Counted from the stretch's first letter, positions 36,901-49,415 are shown. The stretch: 57,005 bases of DNA from Nemertoderma westbladi (GCA_032718475.1 JAUCBJ010009098.1:1-57005), one strand, 5' to 3'. Numbers and translations: made by a program. Notes: generated by a model from the sequence alone, not told the origin.

Positions 36901-39111
36901 ACCAATCAGCACTCACCTCTCTATATAAGGAACACCAACCAATCAGCACTCACCTCTCTATATAAGGAACACCAACCAATCAGCACTCACCTCTCTATAT
37001 AAGGAACACCAACCAATCAGCACTCACCTCTCTATATAAGGAACACCAACCAATCAGCACTCACCTCTCTATATAAGGAACACCAACCAATCAGCACTCA
37101 CCTCTCTATATAAGGAACACCAACCAATCAGCACTCACCTCTCTATATAAGGAACACCAACCAATCAGCACTCACCTCTCTATATAAGGAACACCAACCA
37201 ATCAGCACTCACCTCTCTATATAAGGAACACCAACCAATCAGCACTCACCTCTCTATATAAGGAACACCAACCAATCAGCACTCACCTCTCTATATAAGG
37301 AACACCAACCAATCAGCACTCACCTCTCTATATAAGGAACACCAACCAATCAGCACTCACCTCTCTATATAAGGAACACCAACCAATCAGCACTCACCTC
37401 TCTATATAAGGAACACCAACCAATCAGCACTCACCTCTCTATATAAGGAACACCAACCAATCAGCACTCACCTCTCTATATCAGGCACACCAACCAATCA
37501 GCACTCACCTCTCTATATAAGGAACACCAACCAATCAGCACTCACCTCTCTATATAAGGAACACCAACCAATCAGCACTCACCTCTCTATATAAGGAACA
37601 CCAACCAATCAGCACTCACCTCTCTATATAAGGAACACCAACCAATCAGCACTCACCTCTCTATATAAGGAACACCAACCAATCAGCACTCACCTCTCTA
37701 TATAAGGAACACCAACCAATCAGCACTCACCTCTCTATATAAGGAACACCAACCAATCAGCACTCACCTCTCTATATAAGGAACACCAACCAATCAGCAC
37801 TCACCTCTCTATATAAGGAACACCAACCAATCAGCACTCACCTCTCTATATAAGGAACACCAACCAATCAGCACTCACCTCTCTATATAAGGAACACCAA
37901 CCAATCAGCACTCACCTCTCTATATAAGGAACACCAACCAATCAGCACTCACCTCTCTATATAAGGAACACCAACCAATCAGCACTCACCTCTCTATATA
38001 AGGAACACCAACCAATCAGCACTCACCTCTCTATATAAGGAACACCAACCAATCAGCACTCACCTCTCTATATAAGGAACACCAACCAATCAGCACTCAC
38101 CTCTCTATATAAGGAACACCAACCAATCAGCACTCACCTCTCTATATAAGGAACACCAACCAATCAGCACTCACCTCTCTATATAAGGAACACCAACCAA
38201 TCAGCACTCACCTCTCTATATAAGGAACACCAACCAATCAGCACTCACCTCTCTATATAAGGAACACCAACCAATCAGCACTCACCTCTCTATATAAGGA
38301 ACACCAACCAATCAGCACTCACCTCTCTATATAAGGAACACCAACCAATCAGCACTCACCTCTCTATATAAGGAACACCAACCAATCAGCACTCACCTCT
38401 CTATATAAGGAACACCAACCAATCAGCACTCACCTCTCTATATAAGGAACACCAACCAATCAGCACTCACCTCTCTATATAAGGAACACCAACCAATCAG
38501 CACTCACCTCTCTATATAAGGAACACCAACCAATCAGCACTCACCTCTCTATATAAGGAACACCAACCAATCAGCACTCACCTCTCTATATAAGGAACAC
38601 CAACCAATCAGCACTCACCTCTCTATATAAGGAACACCAACCAATCAGCACTCACCTCTCTATATAAGGAACACCAACCAATCAGCACTCACCTCTCTAT
38701 ATAAGGAACACCAACCAATCAGCACTCACCTCTCTATATAAGGAACACCAACCAATCAGCACTCACCTCTCTATATAAGGAACACCAACCAATCAGCACT
38801 CACCTCTCTATATAAGGAACACCAACCAATCAGCACTCACCTCTCTATATAAGGAACACCAACCAATCAGCACTCACCTCTCTATATAAGGAACACCAAC
38901 CAATCAGCACTCACCTCTCTATATAAGGAACACCAACCAATCAGCACTCACCTCTCTATATAAGGAACACCAACCAATCAGCACTCACCTCTCTATATAA
39001 GGAACACCAACCAATCAGCACTCACCTCTCTATATAAGGAACACCAACCGATCAGCACTCACCTCTCTATATAAGGAACACCAACCAATCAGCACTCACC
39101 TCTCTATATAA
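30956..39111. repeat. 37-bp satellite, at least 220 near-identical copies, containing a 5' splice site
   Basis: Plus-strand unit acctctctatataaggaacaccaaccaatcagcactc; the minus strand reads ...AGAGAG|GTGAGT... Confidence 0.95.
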
Positions 39112-39211
39112 NNNNNNNNNNNNNNNNNNNNNNNNNNNNNNNNNNNNNNNNNNNNNNNNNNNNNNNNNNNNNNNNNNNNNNNNNNNNNNNNNNNNNNNNN
39201 NNNNNNNNNNN
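39112..39211. other. Assembly gap (100 N)
   Basis: Run of Ns at the junction between the exon and the array. Confidence 0.99.
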
Positions 39212-39536
39212 CTCTTGCCAAGGATTTCTTCTGCATTAGGTTCATTACTGTCCCCAACAAACAACGAATTAATTGGAAACATTCTAACTCCATAGAAGTA
39301 TCTCCTTCCTGATTGGCTGAAGGTTTACCTAATGCCAATTGGAATTGGAAACAAGTCGTCATGAGAAACTTATCCACGTGTTCCTTAAAATCCAAACAAC
39401 GTGATTGGTCGGATATGAGTATGTCGATCTCTGACAGCGCTCCTATCACAGTGTTGCTATCAGTAGATGCGATCTGAGATATTACCGTATCAAACATAGA
39501 TGATTGAGTGCTCGCTTTGGTTAATACCCGGGTATT
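39212..39536 (-). CDS. CKAP5: CKAP5 exon (C-terminal TOG-like region); 3' end truncated by assembly gap
   Basis: Acceptor ttgcag|AAT. Translates ...FDTVISQIASTDSNTVIGALSEID...MNLMQKKSLAR, then runs into Ns; the expected end is AGA GAG|gtgagt. An alternative in-frame acceptor lies at 39605. Confidence 0.85.
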
Positions 39537-39617
39537 CTGCAATGGAATGTTTTGAATTAAATTACAAAAACGGGCAGAAAGCACATTAAAGGAGGCTAAA
39601 GAAAACTAAGGAAGCAC

Positions 39618-42600
39618 ATTAGAACAGAGTGCTTCTAGTGTTGGTGTTTTAGTTTTAATTAGAACTGCTGCTTCTAGTGTTGGTGTTTTAGTTTTAATTA
39701 GAACTGCTGCTTCTAGTGTTGGTGTTTTAGTTTTAATTAGAACTGCTGCTTCTAGTGTTGGTGTTTTAGTTTTAATTAGAACAGGCTGCTTCTAGTGTTG
39801 GTGTTTTAGTTTTAATTAGAACTGCTGCTTCTAGTGTTGGTGTTTTAGTTTTGATTAGAACTGCTGCTTCTAGTGTTGGTGTTTTAGTTTTAATTAGAAC
39901 TGCTGCTTCTAGTGTTGGTGTTTTAGTTTTAATTAGAACTGCTGCTTCTAGTGTTTGTGTTTTAGTTTTAATTAGAACTGCTGCTTCTAGTGTTGGTGTT
40001 TTAGTTTTAATTAGAACTGATGCTTCTAGTGTTGGTGTTTAGTTTTAATTAGAACTGCTGCTTCTAGTGTTGGTGTTTTAGTTTTAATTAGAACTGCTGC
40101 TTCTAGTGTTGGTGTTTTAGTTTTAATTAGAACAGGCTGCTTCTAGTGTTGGTGTTTTAGTTTTAATTAGAACTGCTGCTTCTAGTGTTGGTGTTTTAGT
40201 TTTAATTAGAACAGGCTGCTTCTAGTGTTGGTGTTTTAGTTTTAATTAGAACAGGCTGCTTCTAGTGTTGGTGTTTTAGTTTTAATTAGAACTGCTTCTT
40301 CTAGTGTTGGTGTTTTAGTTTTAATTAGAACTGCTGCTTCTAGTGTTGGTGTTTTAGTTTTAATTAGAACTGCTGCTTCTAGTGTTGGTGTTTTAGTTTT
40401 AATTAGAACTGCTGCTTCTAGTGTTGGTGTTTTAGTTTTAATTAGAACTGCTGCTTCTAGTGTTGGTGTTTTAGTTTTAATTAGAACTGCTGCTTCTAGT
40501 GTTGGTGTTTTAGTTTTAATTAGAACTGCTGCTCCTAGTGTTGGTGTTTTAGTTTTAATTAGAACAGGCTGCTTCCAGTGTTGGTGTTTTAGTTTTAATT
40601 AGAACTGCTGCTTCTAGTGTTGGTGTTTTAGTTTTAATTAGAACTGCTGCTTCTAGTGTTGGTGTTTTAGTTTTAATTAGAACTGCTGCTTCTAGTGTTG
40701 GTGTTTTAGTTTTAATTAGAACTGCTGCTTCTAGTGTTGGTGTTTTAGTTTTAATTAGAACTGCTGCTTCTAGTGTTGGTGTTTTAGTTTTAATTAGAAC
40801 TGCTGCTTCTAGTGTTGGTGTTTTAGTTTTAATTAGAACTGCTGCTTCTAGTGTTGGTGTTTTAGTTTTAATTAGAACTGATGCTTCTAGTGTTGGTGTT
40901 TAGTTTTAATTAGAACTGCTGCTTCTAGTGTTGGTGTTTTAGTTTTAATTAGAACTGCTGCTTCTAGTGTTGGTGTTTTAGTTTTAATTAGAACTGCTGC
41001 TTCTAGTGTTGGTGTTTTAGTTTTAATTAGAACTGCTGCTTCTAGTGTTGGTGTTTTAGTTTTAATTAGAACAGGCTGCTTCTAGTGTTGGTGTTTTAGT
41101 TTTAATTAGAACTGCTGCTTCTAGTGTTGGTGTTTTAGTTTTGATTAGAACTGCTGCTTCTAGTGTTGGTGTTTTAGTTTTAATTAGAACTGCTGCTTCT
41201 AGTGTTGGTGTTTTAGTTTTAATTAGAACTGCTGCTTCTAGTGTTTGTGTTTTAGTTTTAATTAGAACTGCTGCTTCTAGTGTTGGTGTTTTAGTTTTAA
41301 TTAGAACTGATGCTTCTAGTGTTGGTGTTTAGTTTTAATTAGAACTGCTGCTTCTAGTGTTGGTGTTTTAGTTTTAATTAGAACTGCTGCTTCTAGTGTT
41401 GGTGTTTTAGTTTTAATTAGAACAGGCTGCTTCTAGTGTTGGTGTTTTAGTTTTAATTAGAACAGGCTGCTTCTAGTGTTGGTGTTTTAGTTGTAATTAG
41501 AACTGCTGCTTCTAGTGTTGGTGTTGCTGCTTCTAGTGTTGGTGTTTTAGTTTTAATTAGAACTGCTGCTTCTAGTGTTGGTGTTTTAGATTTAATTAGA
41601 ACTGCTGCTTCTAGTGTTGGTGTTTTAGTTTTAATTAGAACTGCTGCTTCTAGTGTTGGTGCTTTAGTTTTAATTAGAACTGCTGCTTCTAGTGTTGGTG
41701 TTTTAGTTTTAATTAGAACTGCTGCTTCTAGTGTTGGTGTTTTAGTTTTAATTAGAACTGCTGCTTCTAGTGTTGGTGTTTTAGTTTTAATTATAACTTC
41801 TGCTTCTAGTGTTGGTGTTTTAGTTTTAATTAGAACTGCTGCTTCTAGTGTTGGTGTTTTAGTTTTAATTAGAACTGCTGCTTCTAGTGTTGGTGTTTTA
41901 GTTTTAATTAGAACAGGCTGCTTCTAGTGTTGGTGTTTTAGTTGTAATTAGAACTGCTGCTTCTAGTGTTGGCGTTGCTGCTTCTAGTGTTGGTGTTTTA
42001 GTTTTAATTAGAACTGCTGCTTCTAGTGTTGGTGTTTTAGTTTTAATTAGAACTGCTGCTTCTAGTGTTGGTGTTTTAGTTTTAATTAGAACTGCTGCTT
42101 CTAGTGTTGGTGTTTTAGTTTTAATTAGAACAGGCTGCTTCTAGTGTTGGTGTTTTAGTTGTAATTAGAACTGCTGCTTCTAGTGTTGGTGTTGCTGCTT
42201 CTAGTGTTGGTGTTTTAGTTTTAATTAGAACTGCTGCTTCTAGTGTTGGTGTTTTAGTTTTAATTAGAACTGCTGCTTCTAGTGTTGGTGTTTTAGTTTT
42301 AATTAGAACTGCTGCTTCTAGTGTTGGTGTTTTAGTTTTAATTAGAACTGCTGCTTCTAGTGTTGGTGTTTTAGTTTTAATTAGAACTGCTGCTTCTAGT
42401 GTTGGTGTTTTAGTTTTAATTAGAACTGCTGCTTCTAGTGTTGGTGTTTTAGTTTTAATTAGAACTGCTGCTTCTAGTGTTGGTGTTTTAGTTTTAATTA
42501 GAACTGCTGCTTCTAGTGTTGGTGTTTTAGTTTTAATTAGAACTGCTGCTTCTAGTGTTGGTGTTTTAGTTTTAATTAGAACTGCTGCTTCTAGTGTTGG

Positions 42601-45600
42601 TGTTTTAGTTTTAATTAGAACTGCTGCTTCTAGTGTTGGTGTTTTAGTTTTAATTAGAACTGCTGCTTCTAGTGTTGGTGTTTTAGTTTTAATTAGAACT
42701 GCTGCTTCTAGTGTTGGTGTTTTAGTTTTAATTAGAACTGCTGCTTCTAGTGTTGGTGTTTTAGTTTTAATTAGAACTGCTGCTTCTAGTGTTGGTGTTT
42801 TAGTTTTGATTAGAACTGCTGCTTCTAGTGTTTGTGTTTTAGTTTTAATTAGAACTGCTGCTTCTAGTGTTGGTGTTTTAGTTTTAATTAGAACTGCTGC
42901 TTCTAGTGTTGGTGTTTTAGTTTTAATTAGAACTGCTTCTTCTAGTGTTGGTGTTTTAGTTTTAATTAGAACTGCTGCTTCTAGTGTTGGTGTTTTAGTT
43001 TTAATTAGAACTGCTTCTTCTAGTGTTGGTGTTTTAGTTTTAATTAGAACTGCTGCTTCTAGTGTTGGTGTTTTAGTTTTAATTAGAACTGCTGCTTCTA
43101 GTGTTGGTGTTTTAGTTTTAATTAGAACTGCTGCTTCTAGTGTTGGTGTTTTAGTTTTAATTAGAACTGCTGCTTCTAGTGTTGGTGTTTTAGTTTTAAT
43201 TAGAACTGCTTCTTCTAGTGTTGGTGTTTTAGTTTTAATTAGAACTGCTGCTTCTAGTGTTGGTGTTTTAGTTTTAATTAGAACTGCTGCTTCTAGTGTT
43301 GGTGTTTTAGTTTTAATTAGAACTGCTGCTTCTAGTGTTGGTGTTTTAGTTTTAATTAGAACTGCTGCTTCTAGTGTTGGTGTTTTAGTTTTAATTAGAA
43401 CTGCTGCTTCTAGTGTTGGTGTTTTAGTTTTAATTAGAACTGCTGCTTCTAGTGTTGGTGTTTTAGTTTTAATTAGAACTGCTGCTTCTAGTGTTGGTGT
43501 TTTAGTTTTAATTAGAACTGATGCTTCTAGTGTTGGTGTTTAGTTTTAATTAGAACTGCTGCTTCTAGTGTTGGTGTTTTAGTTTTAATTAGAACTGCTG
43601 CTTCTAGTGTTGGTGTTTTAGTTTTAATTAGAACAGGCTGCTTCTAGTGTTGGTGTTTTAGTTTTAATTAGAACAGGCTGCTTCTAGTGTTGGTGTTTTA
43701 GTTGTAATTAGAACTGCTGCTTCTAGTGTTGGTGTTGCTGCTTCTAGTGTTGGTGTTTTAGTTTTAATTAGAACTGCTGCTTCTAGTGTTGGTGTTTTAG
43801 ATTTAATTAGAACTGCTGCTTCTAGTGTTGGTGTTTTAGTTTTAATTAGAACTGCTGCTTCTAGTGTTGGTGTTTTAGTTTTAATTAGAACTGCTGCTTC
43901 TAGTGTTGGTGTTTTAGTTTTAATTAGAACTGCTGCTTCTAGTGTTGGTGTTTTAGTTTTAATTAGAACTGCTGCTTCTAGTGTTGGTGTTTTAGTTTTA
44001 ATTAGAACTGCTGCTTCTAGTGTTGGTGTTTTAGTTTTAATTAGAACTGCTGCTTCTAGTGTTGGTGTTTTAGTTTTAATTAGAACTGCTGCTTCTAGTG
44101 TTGGTGTTTTAGTTTTAATTAGAACTGCTGCTTCTAGTGTTGGTGTTTTAGTTTTAATTAGAACTGCTGCTTCTAGTGTTGGTGTTTTAGTTTTAATTAG
44201 AACTGCTGCTTCTAGTGTTGGTGTTTTAGTTTTAATTAGAACTGCTGCTCCTAGTGTTGGTGTTTTAGTTTTAATTAGAACTGCTGCTTCTAGTGTTGGT
44301 GTTTTAGTTTTAATTAGAACTGCTGCTTCTAGTGTTGGTGTTTTAGTTTTAATTAGAACTGCTGCTTCTAGTGTTGGTGTTTTAGTTTTAATTAGAACTG
44401 CTGCTCCTAGTGTTGGTGTTTTAGTTTTAATTAGAACAGGCTGCTTCCAGTGTTGGTGTTTTAGTTTTAATTAGAACTGCTGCTTCTAGTGTTGGTGTTT
44501 TAGTTTTAATTAGAACTGCTGCTTCTAGTGTTGGTGTTTTAGTTTTAATTAGAACTGCTGCTTCTAGTGTTGGTGTTTTAGTTTTAATTAGAACTGCTGC
44601 TTCTAGTGTTGGTGTTTTAGTTTTAATTAGAACTGCTGCTTCTAGTGTTGGTGTTTTAGTTTTAATTAGAACTGCTGCTTCTAGTGTTGGTGTTTTAGTT
44701 TTAATTAGAACTGCTGCTTCTAGTGTTGGTGTTTTAGTTTTAATTAGAACTGATGCTTCTAGTGTTGGTGTTTAGTTTTAATTAGAACTGCTGCTTCTAG
44801 TGTTGGTGTTTTAGTTTTAATTAGAACTGCTGCTTCTAGTGTTGGTGTTTTAGTTTTAATTAGAACAGGCTGCTTCTAGTGTTGGTGTTTTAGTTGTAAT
44901 TAGAACTGCTGCTTCTAGTGTTGGCGTTGCTGCTTCTAGTGTTGGTGTTTTAGTTTTAATTAGAACTGCTGCTTCTAGTGTTGGTGTTTTAGTTTTAATT
45001 AGAACAGGCTGCTTCTAGTGTTGGTGTTTTAGTTGTAATTAGAACTGCTGCTTCTAGTGTTGGTGTTGCTGCTTCTAGTGTTGGTGTTTTAGTTTTAATT
45101 AGAACTGCTGCTTCTAGTGTTGGTGTTTTAGATTTAATTAGAACTGCTGCTTCTAGTGTTGGTGTTTTAGTTTTAATTAGAACTGCTGCTTCTAGTGTTG
45201 GTGTTTTAGTTTTAATTAGAACTGCTGCTTCTAGTGTTGGTGTTTTAGTTTTAATTAGAACTGCTGCTTCTAGTGTTGGTGTTTTAGTTTTAATTAGAAC
45301 TGCTGCTTCTAGTGTTGGTGTTTTAGTTTTAATTAGAACTGCTGCTTCTAGTGTTGGTGTTTTAGTTTTAATTAGAACTGCTGCTTCTAGTGTTGGTGTT
45401 TTAGTTTTAATTAGAACTGCTGCTTCTAGTGTTGGTGTTTTAGTTTTAATTAGAACTGCTGCTTCTAGTGTTGGTGTTTTAGTTTTAATTAGAACTGCTG
45501 CTTCTAGTGTTGGTGTTTTAGTTTTAATTAGAACTGCTGCTTCTAGTGTTGGTGTTTTAGTTTTAATTAGAACTGCTGCTCCTAGTGTTGGTGTTTTAGT

Positions 45601-47237
45601 TTTAATTAGAACTGCTGCTTCTAGTGTTGGTGTTTTAGTTTTAATTAGAACTGCTGCTTCTAGTGTTGGTGTTTTAGTTTTAATTAGAACTGCTGCTTCT
45701 AGTGTTGGTGTTTTAGTTTTAATTAGAACTGCTGCTCCTAGTGTTGGTGTTTTAGTTTTAATTAGAACAGGCTGCTTCCAGTGTTGGTGTTTTAGTTTTA
45801 ATTAGAACTGCTGCTTCTAGTGTTGGTGTTTTAGTTTTAATTAGAACTGCTGCTTCTAGTGTTGGTGTTTTAGTTTTAATTAGAACTGCTGCTTCTAGTG
45901 TTGGTGTTTTAGTTTTAATTAGAACTGCTGCTTCTAGTGTTGGTGTTTTAGTTTTAATTAGAACTGCTGCTTCTAGTGTTGGTGTTTTAGTTTTAATTAG
46001 AACTGCTGCTTCTAGTGTTGGTGTTTTAGTTTTAATTAGAACTGCTGCTTCTAGTGTTGGTGTTTTAGTTTTAATTAGAACTGCTGCTTCTAGTGTTGGT
46101 GTTTTAGTTTTAATTAGAATTGCTGCTTCTAGTGTTGGTGTTTTAGTTTTAATTAGAACTGCTGCTTCTAGTGTTGGTGTTTTAGTTTTAATTAGAACTG
46201 CTGCTTCTAGTGTTGGTGTTTTAGTTTTAATTAGAACTGCTGCTTCTAGTGTTGGTGTTTTAGTTTTAATTAGAACTGCTGCTCCTAGTGTTGGTGTTTT
46301 AGTTTTAATTAGAACTGCTGCTTCTAGTGTTGGTGTTTTAGTTTTAATTAGAACTGCTGCTTCTAGTGTTGGTGTTTTAGTTTTAATTAGAACTGCTGCT
46401 TCTAGTGTTGGTGGTTTAGTTTTAATTAGAACTGCTGCTCCTAGTGTTGGTGTTTTAGTTTTAATTAGAACAGGCTGCTTCTAGTGTTGGTGTTTTAGTT
46501 TTAATTAGAACTGCTGCTTCTAGTGTTGGTGTTTTAGTTTTAATTAGAACTGCTGCTTCTAGTGTTGGTGTTTTAGTTTTAATTAGAACTGCTGCTTCTA
46601 GTGTTGGTGTTTTAGTTTTAATTAGAACTGCTGCTTCTAGTGTTGGTGTTTTAGTTTTAATTAGAACTGCTGCTTCTAGTGTTGGTGTTTTAGTTTTAAT
46701 TAGAACTGCTGCTTCTAGTGTTGGTGTTTTAGTTTTAATTAGAACTGCTGCTTCTAGTGTTGGTGTTTTAGTTTTAATTAGAACTGCTGCTTCTAGTGTT
46801 GGTGTTTTAGTTTTAATTAGAACTGCTGCTTCTAGTGTTGGTGTTTTAGTTTTAATTAGAACTGCTGCTTCTAGTGTTGGTGTTTTAGTTTTAATTAGAA
46901 CTGCTGCTTCTAGTGTTGGTGTTTTAGTTTTAATTAGAACTGCTGCTTCTAGTGTTGGTGTTTTAGTTTTAATTAGAACTGCTGCTTCTAGTGTTGGTGT
47001 TTTAGTTTTAATTAGAACTGATGCTTCTAGTGTTGGTGTTTTAGTTTTAATTAGAACTGCTGCTTCTAGTGTTGGTGTTTTAGTTTTAATTAGAACTGTT
47101 GCTTCTAGTGTTGGTGTTTTAGTTTTAATTAGAACTGCTGCTTCTAGTGTTGGTGTTTTAGTTTTAATTAGAACTGCTGCTTCTAGTGTTGGTATTTTAG
47201 TTTTAATTAGAACTGCTGCTTCTAGTGCTGGTGTTTT
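39618..47237. repeat. 39-bp satellite, about 195 copies
   Basis: Unit ttagaactgctgcttctagtgttggtgttttagttttaa. Confidence 0.96.
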
Positions 47238-47239
47238 TT

Positions 47240-47560
47240 TCCGTGAGGACCAGCCAGTGCAAAATCTTCTGCTTTGGCGACTCATGGATTGAATCCGTAT
47301 GGTGGACAGCCCATGACTTTCGTGAGACGCCTCCTAAAGGACACTGGCCTTGAAGATGCGGATGATCTCGCGAAAGTCATGGGTGATAGGGAGTTGTGGC
47401 AGTGCAACTTTGTTTATAAGCCGTATGGTATTCTTAATGCACACTGAATTGGGGCGGCCAATTGTGGATTCATGGTGGTGGCAAAAATAGTTTTGTTATA
47501 AGCTGGCATATCATCTCAATGTGCAGTTTCAATGCAGCAGGCCGATTATAGTAGTAGTAT
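47240..47560 (+). mobile_element. 3' fragment of an RTE-like LINE
   Basis: Translates REDQPVQNLLLW...GGQPMTFVRRLLKDTGLEDADDLAKVMGDRELW, matching the C-termini of the other two copies. Ends in tagtagtagt. Confidence 0.85.
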
Positions 47561-47581
47561 ATCTATTCTAGCAGCACTCAC

Positions 47582-47743
47582 CTGATTTGGAGGAATTTCT
47601 TTTGAACGGATAGACGGAGGAACAACCTGGTAATCCAACATCTCATCCAATTCTTCCACTAGTCTCTTATCATCTTCGACATCATTAGCGTCATTAGGAA
47701 TATCGAAATTAGACTCAAACTTCTCAATATCCAATGTAAAATG
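47582..47743 (-). CDS. CKAP5: CKAP5 exon
   Basis: Acceptor atttag|CAT and donor CAG|gtgagt; 162 nt. Translates HFTLDIEKFE...LDEMLD...IPPNQ, containing the F-x-L-D motif of the ch-TOG linker. Confidence 0.82.
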
Positions 47744-47889
47744 CTAAATTAAATAAACTATGAAATACTACTAAATGCAAAATGTTTAAATTATTTTAAA
47801 AAATTGTAAACGTGATAATTAATTGATTAACTTTGTCATGACTATACGAGTAATACTTGACAGGGAGTTTGAATAGATAATTAAGAAAC

Positions 47890-47993
47890 CTTTTCAACCG
47901 GTTGGCTTTGCATAGACGGTATCTGCATAGACGATTTTCTACTGCTGGGCGCCGAAATGGATTTATTCATAGTTGTATTAAGTGTCTTAGACC
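47890..47993 (-). CDS. CKAP5: CKAP5 linker exon (not in ORF track)
   Basis: Acceptor atttag|GG and donor AAG|gtttct; 104 nt, open in the required phase (1 to 0): (G)SKTLNTTMNKSISAPSSRKSSMQIPSMQSQPVEK. Supported mainly by phase fit, as the sequence is poorly conserved. Confidence 0.7.
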
Positions 47994-48276
47994 CTAAATA
48001 ATAAAATAATTGTAAACTTATAATTATGAGAATTAAGACTCAATGAATTCAACCAAATAATAAACGATACGGTGAAAGTAAAAACGAATGATGAAGAAAT
48101 TATAGGGAGTACAGGGAGTTGGACGATGATGAGTTGCCAGCCACGGAAACTCAACTTCTGGAATCTCTGACATGGTTGGAATAGGTAAAAAGGTAATATA
48201 GAAGTGCGGTTCTAAATCGGTACTGATTCAATATATGATAAAAACTGCACTGTGTCTTTCGGTTGGAAAAACAAGT

Positions 48277-48404
48277 TGGCGTCAGAGTTGATCGAGAATC
48301 AACTCAGACGCCAGTTAAAAAAGTCGGCAATGACGTCCAGATGGGATCGAACTGGTGACCTCCGGGTTGGAAGTCTGACGCTCTAACCATTCAGCTAGCG
48401 GCTC
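48277..48404 (-). mobile_element. tRNA-derived SINE-like head or tRNA pseudogene, followed by a hairpin
   Basis: Minus strand shows A box TAGCTGAATGG, anticodon-like loop CTTCCAA, B box GTTCGATCC, then T6 and a 16-bp stem. The cloverleaf stems pair poorly. Confidence 0.65.
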
Positions 48405-48712
48405 AGGTAAAAGATAGACCTGGAAATACTATCTGATACCTTGTATGTCCGCAATTTACCTCCTTATGGCATCCCATCTGTCATACCATCTGTCATACCA
48501 TCATCTGCTGCCACTGTGCTCAACCCTACCGTACTTGGTCGTCTTTAACCACTCGCTACAATAAAAGGGTAGTGTATATTAACCATAAACCATCATGGCC
48601 ACAATGACTAATTATAAACTCTAACTACTAATCTAGGCAGGACAATTGTTAAACAAACTGTATTTTTCGATAAATATCATGAAAATAACAACCCCCCCCC
48701 TCACGTACTAAC

Positions 48713-48905
48713 CCGACAGTATTGCAGCTACTTCTGTATCCAGTCTCCCAGCAACCGGCCCCCCCGTTCTATTTAACTGCATCGAGGCCTTTCGCTCTGG
48801 CCGGTCTTCCTTGTTCGCGACTTTAGGGACTTTATTTGATCTCTTTATTCTTTCCTCCAACATTCCCCTATCTTTAGCGGAAAGCTGTCCCACTTGCTTG
48901 TAAAT
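48713..48905 (-). CDS. CKAP5: CKAP5 exon (end of TOG5 plus linker)
   Basis: Acceptor ttttacag|ATT and donor TCG G|gttagt; 193 nt. Translates IYKQVGQLSAKDRGMLEERIKRS... Confidence 0.9.
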
Positions 48906-48946
48906 CTGTAAAATTAGGTGCTGAGAATTAACAATCTCTTGGGGCG

Positions 48947-49415
48947 TTAGACCAGGGATTACGCGGCCGGTAGACCAGGGATTACGCGGCCGGTAGACCA
49001 GGGATTATGCGGCCGGTAGACCAAGGGATTACGCGGCCGGTAGACCAGGGATTACGCGGCCGGTAGACCAGGGATTACGCGGCCGGTAGACCAAGGGATT
49101 ACGCGGCCGGTAGACCAGGGATTACGCGGCCGGTAGACCAGGGATTACGCGGCCGGTAGACCAGGGATTACGCGGCCGGTAGACCAGAGATTACGCGGCC
49201 GGTAGACCAGGGATTACGCGGCCGTTCCGGTAGACCAGGGATCACGCGGCCGGTCCGGTAGACCAGGGATTACGCAGCCGGTTTAACAGGTATTACGCAG
49301 CCGGTCCGGTAGACCAGGGATTACGCGGCCAGTCCGGTAGACCAGGGATTACGCGGCCGTTCCGGTAGACCAGGTATCACGCGGCCGGTCCGGTAGACCA
49401 GGGATTACGCGGCCG
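48947..49415. repeat. 23-27-bp GC-rich minisatellite, about 19 copies
   Basis: Unit ggtagaccagggattacgcggcc. Confidence 0.93.

Noticed and set aside
39851-47285. ORFs with a 13-aa repeat (VLIRTAASSVGVL / KTKTPTLEAAVLI) as repeat proteins or CKAP5 exons
   Set aside because: The array has frequent frameshifting +1/-1 variants, and CKAP5 splices in frame without it.
47572-47583. Donor AG|GTGAGTGCTG identical to 12 nt of the 37-bp unit, suggesting the array came from this donor
   Set aside because: Most of the match is the donor consensus, and the array fits the adjacent exon end (AGAG) better.
48325-48404. Functional tRNA-Gly
   Set aside because: The acceptor, anticodon and T stems do not pair properly.
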